DNA from: an uncultured bacterium
GTDB lineage: Bacteria; Electryoneota; Electryoneia; Electryoneales; Electryoneaceae
Length of the DNA stretch: 64,000 nt
Assembly: GCA_964538455.1 (NCBI GenBank)
Contig: CAZIDZ010000003.1
Location: 129,832-193,831, forward strand
Reading direction: 5' to 3'
The number at the start of each line of letters is the position of its first letter. Positions within the stretch are counted from its first letter, which is position 1. This document shows, one piece after another, positions 18,389 through 27,392 of this stretch. Below the pieces are notes generated by a model. That model worked only from the letters and a program-made list of their open reading frames with translations. It made no database searches and was not told the origin of the DNA. Made by a program: the position numbers and the translations under genes.

Positions 18389-19801
18389 ATGTCGACGACG
18401 TACAACAGTTCACAGCTGCCAACCTCCCTCACGGGCATCATGCAGATGGCCCGCGACGCCCTGCTCGCGCAGCAGGCGGCGATGAACGTGCTCAGCCACA
18501 ACGTCGCCAACGTCGACACCGAGGGATACCACCGGCAGCGCGTCTCGCTCACAAGCCGCTATCCCCTGGAAGGGTACGGGGGTACCTGGGGGCAGGGCGT
18601 AAACATTCAGCAGGTCGAGCGCTCTTACCAGTCGTTCATCACGCGACAGGAGCGCACCGAGGTCGGCAATCTCGGCCGCTGGGAAACCGAACGCGATATG
18701 CTGATGCGCGTCGAGGAGCTGGTCGGAGGCCTCACGGACTACGGCGTCGGCAACGCACTTACGGAATTCTGGAATTCGTGGGAAGACCTGGCGAACGATA
18801 CCGACAGCGTTACCGCACGGCTGAACGTCATCGGACGCGCCAAGGATCTCGGCACGTCATTCGGCAACACCTACACCGATCTCGACAACATCCGCAAGGA
18901 AGTCAACGTCGAGATGAAATCCCAGATCGATACGATCAACAATTACGCCCGGCGCATCGCCGCGTTGAATCAGCAGATCTATACCATTACCGGCCGCAGC
19001 CAGAACCCGAACGACCTGATGGACCAGCGAGACCAGCTCGTCAAGGAACTCGGTAAAATGGCGAACATCACCATCGAAGAGGAATCCAACGGCTCCTTGA
19101 CCGTCTACCTCGGCAGCGAGACCCTGGTGTTCCGCAACGAGTTTCGGACACTCGACTGGAAGGTGGACAGCACGGGATCGACCGGGCCCTCGGGCGGGAA
19201 TGTCGTCTGGTCCGACGACCAGCGGCAGGTCCAGCTCTATTCCGGACAACTGTACGGGGCGCAGCAGGTGAGGGATTATGTCACCGAGATGCTCTCCAAG
19301 CTGGATGATCTCGCGAACACCATCCGCGACGAGGTCAACGCTCTGCACGAAACCGGTATCGGGCTGGACGGGACGACGGACAACGCGTTCTTCCGCACCG
19401 ATCTGGACGGCGCGCAGAGCCTGCAGGTCAATGCGGACCTGCTCAACGATCCCCAGAAGGTTGCCGCCTCGGCGGTGTCCGCGACCGGAGACAACTCCCT
19501 CGCGCATGACATCTTCAACCTGCAGTTCGAAGAGCATTTCGACCAGGGGCAGTCCAATTACAACGACTACTACCAGCAGCTCGTCGTCGAACTGGGAAAC
19601 AAGATTGACAATGCCAAAACCCGCGCCGACGCATCCCAGGCTTCGCTTGAACAGACCGAGTCCTGGCAGCAGCAGTATACGGGCGTCAATCTCGACGAGG
19701 AGATGACCAACATGGTCAATGTCCAGTATGCGTTTACTGCGGCCTCAAAGGTGAATTCGGCGGTCGATGAGATGATCCAGACACTGCTGGCGTCCGTCTA
19801 A
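18389..19801 (+). CDS. flgK: Flagellar hook-associated protein 1 FlgK
   Basis: The N-terminus SLTGIMQMARDALLAQQAAMNVLSHNVANVDTEGYHRQRV and the C-terminus VNLDEEMTNMVNVQYAFTAASKV are both typical. Confidence 0.9.
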   Translation: MSTTYNSSQLPTSLTGIMQMARDALLAQQAAMNVLSHNVANVDTEGYHRQRVSLTSRYPLEGYGGTWGQGVNIQQVERSYQSFITRQERTEVGNLGRWETERDMLMRVEELVGGLTDYGVGNALTEFWNSWEDLANDTDSVTARLNVIGRAKDLGTSFGNTYTDLDNIRKEVNVEMKSQIDTINNYARRIAALNQQIYTITGRSQNPNDLMDQRDQLVKELGKMANITIEEESNGSLTVYLGSETLVFRNEFRTLDWKVDSTGSTGPSGGNVVWSDDQRQVQLYSGQLYGAQQVRDYVTEMLSKLDDLANTIRDEVNALHETGIGLDGTTDNAFFRTDLDGAQSLQVNADLLNDPQKVAASAVSATGDNSLAHDIFNLQFEEHFDQGQSNYNDYYQQLVVELGNKIDNAKTRADASQASLEQTESWQQQYTGVNLDEEMTNMVNVQYAFTAASKVNSAVDEMIQTLLASV

Positions 19802-19818
19802 AGCATCGGAGTTGAGCT

Positions 19819-20835
19819 ATGCGCGTCACCAACCAGATGAAACGCAACCAGCTTCTGATCGACCTGAATCGGCTTCAGAACGACGTCTTCGTCTCGCAGC
19901 AGGTCCTGACCACTGGCACCGAGGTTGCCAAGCCTTCGGACAACCCGTCCGATGCGCGAAGGATCATGCTGCTCCAGAACTCGAGCAGCCGACGCGATCA
20001 GTACCTCCAGAACATTTCCGACGGCGTCGCGAGGATGAGTTACTCCGAAATCCAGACGCAGTACGCCCAGGACCTGCTCGTGGAAGCCCGCACAATTGCG
20101 CTGACCGCCTCCAACGGCGCCACCACGGACAGCGACCGCGCGTCCATGGCCGAGCGCATCGACGGCATGATTTCCGAACTGCTCTCGATCGCTAACAGCG
20201 CGCACGAAGACCAGTACATCTTCGGTGGCTTCAACACCCAGGACCCGCCCTATCAAGCGATCTTCGACCCCACCACCAACGATGTCATCGGGGTCCAGGA
20301 TCAGCCGCAGAACATGGACGGCGAGGTTTACCGGACCACCGCAGACGGCCAGCAGGTGCGCATCAACGTTCCCGGAAAAAACCTGTTCATGACCGGCACA
20401 ACCGGGGATTCGGGAGACATGTTCCAGATCCTCATTGATCTGCGCGATGCACTCCGGGACGGCGTCGATAATGACGAGCTCCAACAGAAGCAGCTCGATC
20501 CGCTCGATCCAAGCTACGATCCTCTGGCGACCTGGTCGCCCGCCCAGTACGACTCGCTGACGACGATTCAGCAGTCCCTGCAGCGGCTGGATGACGCCGC
20601 GGAAACGGCGAGGAACGTTATCACGCGCATCGGCACCGACGTCCAGCGCCTCCAGGCCACCGAAAACCGGCACCAGGATGTCGCGGTCAAGGAGCAGGAG
20701 CACCTCGGCGACACCCAGGGTGCCGACCTGACCGAGTGGATTTCAAAATTCCAGATGCAGACCCTCGCTCTGCAGCAGGCGATCCAGGTGGGCAATACAG
20801 TCCTTCAGTCGTCATTCGTGAACTTCATGCAATAG
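19819..20835 (+). CDS. flgL: Flagellar hook-associated protein 3 FlgL
   Basis: MRVTNQM...DNPSDARRI is a flagellin-like N-domain. Its size and its position after flgK fit FlgL. Confidence 0.85.
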   Translation: MRVTNQMKRNQLLIDLNRLQNDVFVSQQVLTTGTEVAKPSDNPSDARRIMLLQNSSSRRDQYLQNISDGVARMSYSEIQTQYAQDLLVEARTIALTASNGATTDSDRASMAERIDGMISELLSIANSAHEDQYIFGGFNTQDPPYQAIFDPTTNDVIGVQDQPQNMDGEVYRTTADGQQVRINVPGKNLFMTGTTGDSGDMFQILIDLRDALRDGVDNDELQQKQLDPLDPSYDPLATWSPAQYDSLTTIQQSLQRLDDAAETARNVITRIGTDVQRLQATENRHQDVAVKEQEHLGDTQGADLTEWISKFQMQTLALQQAIQVGNTVLQSSFVNFMQ

Positions 20836-20845
20836 GAGCGGGCGC

Positions 20846-23800
20846 ATGCCGGACAAGCGTGACCTGAACCGAGACGCCGCTGAATTTGCTTCGCGTTTTA
20901 CGGAGAGCAGCCCGGAAGAGAGCTCCGGGGACAGCGTTCAAAATGTGCTCATCCTTGCCCACGCGATCCCCACGCTGGCGAGCATCGGAGAGAAAAAGCG
21001 GGCTACGGACGCCGCGTTGAAGCTGCTCCGGATGCGCGACGATCGCGGTGGCTGGGATGACCCCTTACCCACGGTGATCGCTCTGGAAGCGTTCGTCGCC
21101 CTCCGGCTGCGTGGAATGGACCTGGACGATGGCCCGCAGGCTGTCGAGTACGCCGTCCGTTTTCTCCGCGATTCACGCCCGCTGGAGCTGCTCGAGCATG
21201 AGCTTCGCCTCGCGCGCAGCCTCGTTCTCGCTGGGTTGGCAAGGCAGGACGCGGCATTGATCGACGCCGGACTGCTCCGCGCACGATCGGCGCTCGAAAA
21301 AGAGCCGCGCTGGTCCCGCGACCTCGATATCGCCCTGCACGGCCTGCTCGCGGTCGCCGACCTGGTTACGATCACAAAGGACTCCACGACCGAGCAGCTG
21401 ATCTCGAGGCTGCTCGCTGAACACCACCTCGATCAGCCGGAACCGGAAGGGATCGAGGCGCAATCGGTGGCGGTGCTCGCCCGCGCGGGAACCGTGCTCG
21501 AAAAACTGGGCAGGCGCGACGCGGCGGTGGCCATGTACAAAAGAGCCGTGGAAAGCGCCGATGCCGCTTCCCTTGACACCGCTTCGCTCAAGTTCCGGGT
21601 GGAGTTGGGGGTGCGCATCTTCGGTGAGCCCGGTGATCAAGGCGGCGCGGGCGAAATCCCCGCGGGCGGCGAACAACCGGACCAAACGGAGCAGCAGACA
21701 GCGGAGCTGAAACCGGTGAGGTATGACGAGCTGCCTGCGGAGGCGACGTTCAATCGCTCCTCGGTCAGTGCGGTCATTCTCCAGAACGGACCCGCTGAAT
21801 CGGTGATCCAGACCCTGGAAGACCTCGCCGCGCAAACCGAACTGCCGGAGCAGATCGTCATCCTCTGGACCTCTCCCTCGTCACGCGCGCAGCTCCCCGA
21901 CCTGCCCACCGATCTCGCCGAGATTCACGGCGCCTTTGGATGGGGTGAATCCCCCTGGAGACTGGCGTTCCAGGTGGCACGGGCCGACTGGGTCTGGATG
22001 ATCCCCTCCGGCGTGCGCATCCTGCCGGACACCCTGATGGCGCTGAAACAGTCCGGCGGCCGCAAGCAGGCCATCTGCCTCTCGAAAAAAGAAGGCGGCC
22101 TCGACAAGGCCTTCGCTGGTCTCGTCGCGGAACCCACCCTCGCTGCGGAACGGTGCCTGATCAGGAGAGACGTTGCAGCTCACCTGCGTACTCCCCGGGC
22201 GAATGGGAGTTTCTGGGATATTGCGGCGTCCGTGGGAGAAAGGGAAGACTGGCGCGAGGTCGTGGAGAATGGCGAAGTGGGCATTCAGCCGGTCGAACAG
22301 GGTCTCGAATCCCTGCTCGCCGCCGTTCACTCCCTCGCCGGCCACTACCGGCTCTTCCCGGTGGACGGTCCCGAGCAGCGAAAACTGCGCCACGACAGCG
22401 CCGCGCGGTTGCGTGACGAACTCTACCGCGCCTGCCAGGAATGGGAACAGCCTCTCGTTTCGGTGATTCTCGCAGGCTCCACGTCCGGCGGGTCGCTGGA
22501 AAAATCCTTCAGTTCGCTGCTGCGCAACACTCAGGAAATCCCCTTTGAGGTAATCGCGATCCTGCCCGCCGGGGTGGACCTTTCCTTGCGGAATGCGATG
22601 CTCGACGCCGGGGTGCTCATCGTCCCCGGTTCCGAGATCCCGACCGCGGATCTCAACCGCGCCGCCGCCAAGGCGAAGGGACAGATGCTGGTGATCCTCG
22701 AAGCCGGAAGCGAGCCGGAAGAGGGGTGGCTGCAGGCGATGATGGCCGCCGCGTTCGACGAACCAAACGCCGGAATCGTCGGCGGCCTGGTGCAAAGCCC
22801 GGCGATGACCATCCTTCACGCCGGGATTGCCTTCGACGACAGAGCGAATCCGATTTACCTCCACCAGGGCGCGCCGCTCGTCCTCAGCCATATCCATCGC
22901 CGCAGGGCATACCAGGCGGTGGGAGGGGGGATCGTCCTGGCCTCCAGACCGCTTTGGGAGCTGCTTCGCGGACTCGATGAGGGATTCGACGACGCCGTGG
23001 AAAACGCCCTGATCGATTTCTGCCTGCGCGCCCGCGAGAAGGATGTTCGAGTCATCTATGAACCGAAGGCAAAAGCCACCCATCACGTCTCGCAGCCATC
23101 CGCCCCAGAAGCGAACCGGCATTTCATCAAGAAATGGCGGGATCGGGTCGTTCCCGACGTCGAATTGTACGCCCGGATGGACGGCTACCGCGCGGAATCC
23201 AGGGAGCGAAGAATCGTCCTGGTTCCCATCGGACCCACGCTCAAAGCAAACGGGGAGGAGGCCATGAGCAGCTCCTCAACTTCGACACCGTCCCATGTCA
23301 TCAAGGCCGATTCGTCGGACAACGATCTGGCGTCCCTGCTCACCCGTGCTGAAACGCTGATGCGTGACGGGCGTTATGACATCGCCGAGGAGGCCTTGGT
23401 ACAGGGGCAGCACCAGGTGAACGGAAATGTGGGCGCCCGGGTGATCTACTGGACGCTGCTAGGCGACAGCAAATTCCGGCTGAACAAGACCGAAGACGCC
23501 TACGATTGCTACAAGAAGGCCGTGAAGGACGATCCGAGTGCGGAACGCGCCTGGATCGGAATCGCTACCTATCACCTGGTCAAGGGCGAACTCGAGAAAG
23601 CGGAAGACATATTCCGCCGCGTAATCTCGCTCAACGATTCGAGCACTCGCGGCTACCTCGGGCTGGGCAACGTCTATCTCCGCCGCGGCCAGCCCGGTGA
23701 CGCGCTCCCCAGCTTCGTCGAAGCCTCCCGCCTCGATCCCGGCTACCGTCCGACGGTTGTCGGCCTCGTCGCCGCCGCCGTCCAGGCGGAACAGATGCAG

Positions 23801-24004
23801 GAGGCGCTGACCCCGTTGCAGCAGTACCTGCAAATTCATCCCGAGGACAACGAGGCTCGTTTCCACTACGCCGCGATCCTGTTCGGCAACCAGGACAACG
23901 CGCACGCGAAAGAAGAAGCGATGAGGGTGCTCCGGGTGAAACCCGATCACCAGGGAGCGCGCGAACTGCTCGACAACCTGTCCCGGAACAGGGATGCATC
24001 CTGA
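20846..24004 (+). CDS. Large multidomain protein: N-terminal helical-repeat region, two GT-A (family 2-like) glycosyltransferase domains, C-terminal TPR repeats
   Basis: The GT2-like cores are VSAVILQNG.. and PLVSVILAGS..DDAVENALIDFCLRAREKDVRVIYEP. The C-terminal TPRs follow WTLLGDSKFRLNKTEDAYDCYKKAVKDDP. Its 10 nt gap to flgL is the basis for the block being co-transcribed with flgKL. Confidence 0.75.
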   Translation: MPDKRDLNRDAAEFASRFTESSPEESSGDSVQNVLILAHAIPTLASIGEKKRATDAALKLLRMRDDRGGWDDPLPTVIALEAFVALRLRGMDLDDGPQAVEYAVRFLRDSRPLELLEHELRLARSLVLAGLARQDAALIDAGLLRARSALEKEPRWSRDLDIALHGLLAVADLVTITKDSTTEQLISRLLAEHHLDQPEPEGIEAQSVAVLARAGTVLEKLGRRDAAVAMYKRAVESADAASLDTASLKFRVELGVRIFGEPGDQGGAGEIPAGGEQPDQTEQQTAELKPVRYDELPAEATFNRSSVSAVILQNGPAESVIQTLEDLAAQTELPEQIVILWTSPSSRAQLPDLPTDLAEIHGAFGWGESPWRLAFQVARADWVWMIPSGVRILPDTLMALKQSGGRKQAICLSKKEGGLDKAFAGLVAEPTLAAERCLIRRDVAAHLRTPRANGSFWDIAASVGEREDWREVVENGEVGIQPVEQGLESLLAAVHSLAGHYRLFPVDGPEQRKLRHDSAARLRDELYRACQEWEQPLVSVILAGSTSGGSLEKSFSSLLRNTQEIPFEVIAILPAGVDLSLRNAMLDAGVLIVPGSEIPTADLNRAAAKAKGQMLVILEAGSEPEEGWLQAMMAAAFDEPNAGIVGGLVQSPAMTILHAGIAFDDRANPIYLHQGAPLVLSHIHRRRAYQAVGGGIVLASRPLWELLRGLDEGFDDAVENALIDFCLRAREKDVRVIYEPKAKATHHVSQPSAPEANRHFIKKWRDRVVPDVELYARMDGYRAESRERRIVLVPIGPTLKANGEEAMSSSSTSTPSHVIKADSSDNDLASLLTRAETLMRDGRYDIAEEALVQGQHQVNGNVGARVIYWTLLGDSKFRLNKTEDAYDCYKKAVKDDPSAERAWIGIATYHLVKGELEKAEDIFRRVISLNDSSTRGYLGLGNVYLRRGQPGDALPSFVEASRLDPGYRPTVVGLVAAAVQAEQMQEALTPLQQYLQIHPEDNEARFHYAAILFGNQDNAHAKEEAMRVLRVKPDHQGARELLDNLSRNRDAS

Positions 24005-24031
24005 CCGCCTGTCTTGCGAAAGGAGGGCAGG

Positions 24032-25474
24032 ATGACAGGCACCCGTAAAATTGGCGTCGTCCAACTCGCCCGGTTCGGCGACCTGGTCCAGACCACACCG
24101 TTCCTCCAGCGACTCCGCGAACAGGAACCGGGTGCCAGTATCTCGATCATCGTTGATCGGCGAGTCGAAGCTGTCGCCAACCTGCTCGATGACGTGGACG
24201 AGGTTATCGGCGTCGATCTCGCCGGGATTCCCGCTCACCTGACCGGGACCATCCTCGCCGATTACGAAAACCTGCGCGCCTGGGTCAAATCCTGGCGGCG
24301 GGATACGGATTACGACCGGCTGATCCTGCTGAACCACGGGGCGATTCCCGAAGCCGTCGCGTCATTTCTCGGAGCTGAACGCCGCGAGGGCCCGGGACGC
24401 GGTTCCGCCTTCGACCGGCCGCACCGCCTGCTTCGGGCCGCTCTCTCAAACAGGGCATTCATTCCGCTCCATCTCAGCGAGGTTTGGGCGGCGTACGGTC
24501 CTCGAAAATTCCCCGTCCCAGCCCCGAAAATAAAGCCCGTAAAGTCCGGCACAACCTTTGCATTTCTAGATGGAAAAGGGCATGTAAGAGATAATAAAAA
24601 CAAGGTATTTGCGGTCAATTTGGGGGCGGGTGCGGCAGGAAGGCGAATGTCCACGGAAAACCTTGCCGCTCTCGTCCGAACGCTGGTCAATGGCAACCCG
24701 TATAGGCTGGTCGCAGTCGGTACGGATGACGACAGGCAAACCGCCGCCCGGCTGATGCAATCCGTACCGCTGAATAATCGCAATCGTGTAATCGATCTTA
24801 CTGGAAATACGACACTTGAACAACTGACGGGCGTGCTCGAGGCGGTGGACGTCCTGATTTCAGCGGACACGGGCACGTTGCAGCTTGCGGCGGCTGCGGG
24901 AACGGCTTCGGTTGGCCTCTTCTTTGCCAACGCCAACCCAATAGAAACAGGAGCTTATTCCCCCGGCGCCGTGGCTGTTGTCCGCCGCGACACCCTGCGT
25001 CCCGGACCGCAGCCGTCGGCCGGCGACATGGTGTTGGCGGCGAAAGTCGCGACCAGGCTGGTTCAGGGGCAACCCTTGGAGGATCTGGAAGATGAAAGCG
25101 ACACCTGTTTTGTGCTGGTGGCCCGATCTGCACCTGTGGGTGTCGAGTACGAACCCCTGCGACCCGGCTCAAAAGGGAATCTGGGGCAGGGCGGACGATG
25201 GCTTCCTCTGCTCAGGCAGTTCCTCTGGGCGGGAGATCGGATCGGCGAGACGGTTCCGGGCAGCCGCAAAGCCTGGACCGATCTCTTCGGTAGTGAGGAC
25301 GCCCTCCGCCTGAGGGATCTTCACGATCAGATCGTGCAGAACGGGGGAAAACAGCTTGAATCGTGGGATGAGGAAACCCGCTGGCTCGCCCACATCGTCG
25401 CGGAGTTTCCCAATGAGACCGCACTCTGGACAGCTCAGATGCTGGCGAGCAAAGCCGGGAGGATTCACGCATGA
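24032..25474 (+). CDS. GT9-family (ADP-heptose heptosyltransferase-like) glycosyltransferase
   Basis: The N-terminus IGVVQLARFGDLVQTTPFLQRL is the RxGDxV hallmark of Glyco_transf_9. There is a Shine-Dalgarno (AAGGAGGG) before ATG 24032. Confidence 0.7.
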   Translation: MTGTRKIGVVQLARFGDLVQTTPFLQRLREQEPGASISIIVDRRVEAVANLLDDVDEVIGVDLAGIPAHLTGTILADYENLRAWVKSWRRDTDYDRLILLNHGAIPEAVASFLGAERREGPGRGSAFDRPHRLLRAALSNRAFIPLHLSEVWAAYGPRKFPVPAPKIKPVKSGTTFAFLDGKGHVRDNKNKVFAVNLGAGAAGRRMSTENLAALVRTLVNGNPYRLVAVGTDDDRQTAARLMQSVPLNNRNRVIDLTGNTTLEQLTGVLEAVDVLISADTGTLQLAAAAGTASVGLFFANANPIETGAYSPGAVAVVRRDTLRPGPQPSAGDMVLAAKVATRLVQGQPLEDLEDESDTCFVLVARSAPVGVEYEPLRPGSKGNLGQGGRWLPLLRQFLWAGDRIGETVPGSRKAWTDLFGSEDALRLRDLHDQIVQNGGKQLESWDEETRWLAHIVAEFPNETALWTAQMLASKAGRIHA

Positions 25475-25776
25475 GTGAAATGAACCTGGACACGGAGGTG
25501 GCGGCTGCTGCGGAAAGCAGCCTCGGCCGTCCAGACAGCGGTGTGAGACGTGTGACGACGACCCCGTGGGCCGTGTTCGTCCACGCCTCGCCGGTCTACA
25601 TCACGAGCGATCAACCGTCCCGTCCTCGCCGTGGGCGTCCCGCGTCCCATCGAAATGTCGCGCACAATCGCCGCGGGATGCGGTTGCCCGATGATTACCC
25701 CTACGCGAATCGCCGTTGGAGCGAACGACTCCGTGTGCTGCGCGCGGTTCGTCACGATGCGGGAGAACTGTCATGA
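25471..25776 (+). CDS. Possible small basic protein, translationally coupled on both ends
   Basis: Its ATG overlaps the upstream stop (ATGA), and its TGA overlaps the downstream ATG (ATGA). It is Arg/Pro-rich with no motif, so it could instead be a frame artefact in a 300 bp spacer. Confidence 0.25.
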   Translation: MSEMNLDTEVAAAAESSLGRPDSGVRRVTTTPWAVFVHASPVYITSDQPSRPRRGRPASHRNVAHNRRGMRLPDDYPYANRRWSERLRVLRAVRHDAGELS

Positions 25777-27392
25777 ATCTGCTGGCGCTCAACGACACGT
25801 TTTTCGGCGATTCGCTCAACCGCCGCGACCTCTCCATCCTCCGCGTGGGTCCGGGACCCGATAACGACATCGTCATCGATCCCGGGGAAGAGGATCTTCG
25901 CGACGTGCTCGAACGTGCCGGATTCCGTCCCGATAGAATCCTGCAGGTCGACAGCATCGACGAGCGCGTTTTCTTCAAGGGACTCGACGAAATCGAAGCA
26001 CCGCGTGCGTTCTACGCCATTGACGGCCCGATCAACGGGTTCTGGCAGCTTCCCTGGGCGCACAACTTCGACCGCGTCTGGATCGATCAGAAGGATTCTT
26101 TCGACCGTATGGCGGAGAACGGGATCGCCTGGGCAGAATGGCTGCCGCTCGCGGCGGATGAGAATTTGTATCACCCCCCAACGCCTGCCGCAGAGCGCGA
26201 CCTCGACGTCGTCTTCGTGGGAACCGTCGATCCGGAGCGCCGTCCGAAACGGTCCGCGATTCTCTACCGGCTCGAACAAGTGGCGAACCTGACCGTCGTC
26301 AACGGCGACGGCAAGCGTTCCGTCCCCGCCGGGGAGGTTGCGGATATCTACCGCCGCGCGAAACTCGTCGTCAACGAACTGCTCTTCGACGGCGTCAACC
26401 TGCGCACCTTTGAAGCAATGGCCTGTGGTGCGGTGGTGATGACAGAGGAGAATCGTGGCGAGCAGGATCTCTTCGCGGATCTTGGCGCGCTGCAGACCTA
26501 CAACGCGAAAAACCTGGAGACCGTCGTCGCCCGTTTGCTCGCCGATCCCCGCGAACGGACGCGCATTTCCGAGAGTGGGGCCGAGGTCATTCGTGAAAGC
26601 CATCTTGTCGCGCACAGGGCGCGCAACCTGCTCAACCAGTTGGACGAGCTGAAACCTCGCCCCGGACGTGACACCGTTCCTTCGAAAATGCACGCGATGT
26701 GGGGCGTTTGGCAGGCCGGGCTCAAGTGGCAGACATTCAGGTCCACCGCGAAACAGGCGCAGGAGTACCTCGCCGCGCACCTCAACGATATCCCGATCGA
26801 CCGGAAGATCGAGCTGTTCGAAGCGACAGGAAACGGTCCGCAGGCGATGCACCTCCTTTTCGACCAATTCAAGGAAAACCGCCTCCCGGATCGGATGCTG
26901 CCGGTGCTCGCCTCCCTCGCCTTGGCGCAGGGCAGCAACGACCTGGCGGGGGATGTGCTCGGCGTGAAAAACGCCACCGCCTCCGACCTGCATGTCGCGA
27001 TCGCCAACCGTCTGCTTCATGGCGGCAGGGACCTCTCGCCCGGATTCAATCGCACCGCCGGACCGGTCAGCGCCTGGAACGCCTTCGAACATTACCAGCA
27101 CGCGTTCACCTTGGACGAGGAAAATCTCGCCGCCCTGGAAGGCATGGACAGGATTCTGGAGAAGCACAACGCATCGGAAATCTCCATGCCGCTCTGGCAG
27201 AAGTGGCACGCTCGCCATCCGCGTGATCCCGAGGCCATCCGCCGCTTCATCAACCGGGCGCGCAACGGCTATTTCAACGTGCCCACGGAATCGCTCGAAG
27301 GGAGGGGTGCGGAATACCCTTTTTCGGCAGTGTCGGCGCGTTCAACCGACCGGACGCCGTCCAGTGGCCAATCCGCAAGGAGTCGAGCGTGA
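25773..27392 (+). CDS. CgeB/DUF3880-like glycosyltransferase domain protein with helical C-terminal region
   Basis: VVFVGTVDPERRP...NLRTFEAMACGAVVMTE...SHLVAHRARNLL matches the Glyco_trans_1_2 (CgeB) pattern. There is a Shine-Dalgarno (GGAGA) before ATG 25773. Confidence 0.65.
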   Translation: MNLLALNDTFFGDSLNRRDLSILRVGPGPDNDIVIDPGEEDLRDVLERAGFRPDRILQVDSIDERVFFKGLDEIEAPRAFYAIDGPINGFWQLPWAHNFDRVWIDQKDSFDRMAENGIAWAEWLPLAADENLYHPPTPAAERDLDVVFVGTVDPERRPKRSAILYRLEQVANLTVVNGDGKRSVPAGEVADIYRRAKLVVNELLFDGVNLRTFEAMACGAVVMTEENRGEQDLFADLGALQTYNAKNLETVVARLLADPRERTRISESGAEVIRESHLVAHRARNLLNQLDELKPRPGRDTVPSKMHAMWGVWQAGLKWQTFRSTAKQAQEYLAAHLNDIPIDRKIELFEATGNGPQAMHLLFDQFKENRLPDRMLPVLASLALAQGSNDLAGDVLGVKNATASDLHVAIANRLLHGGRDLSPGFNRTAGPVSAWNAFEHYQHAFTLDEENLAALEGMDRILEKHNASEISMPLWQKWHARHPRDPEAIRRFINRARNGYFNVPTESLEGRGAEYPFSAVSARSTDRTPSSGQSARSRA

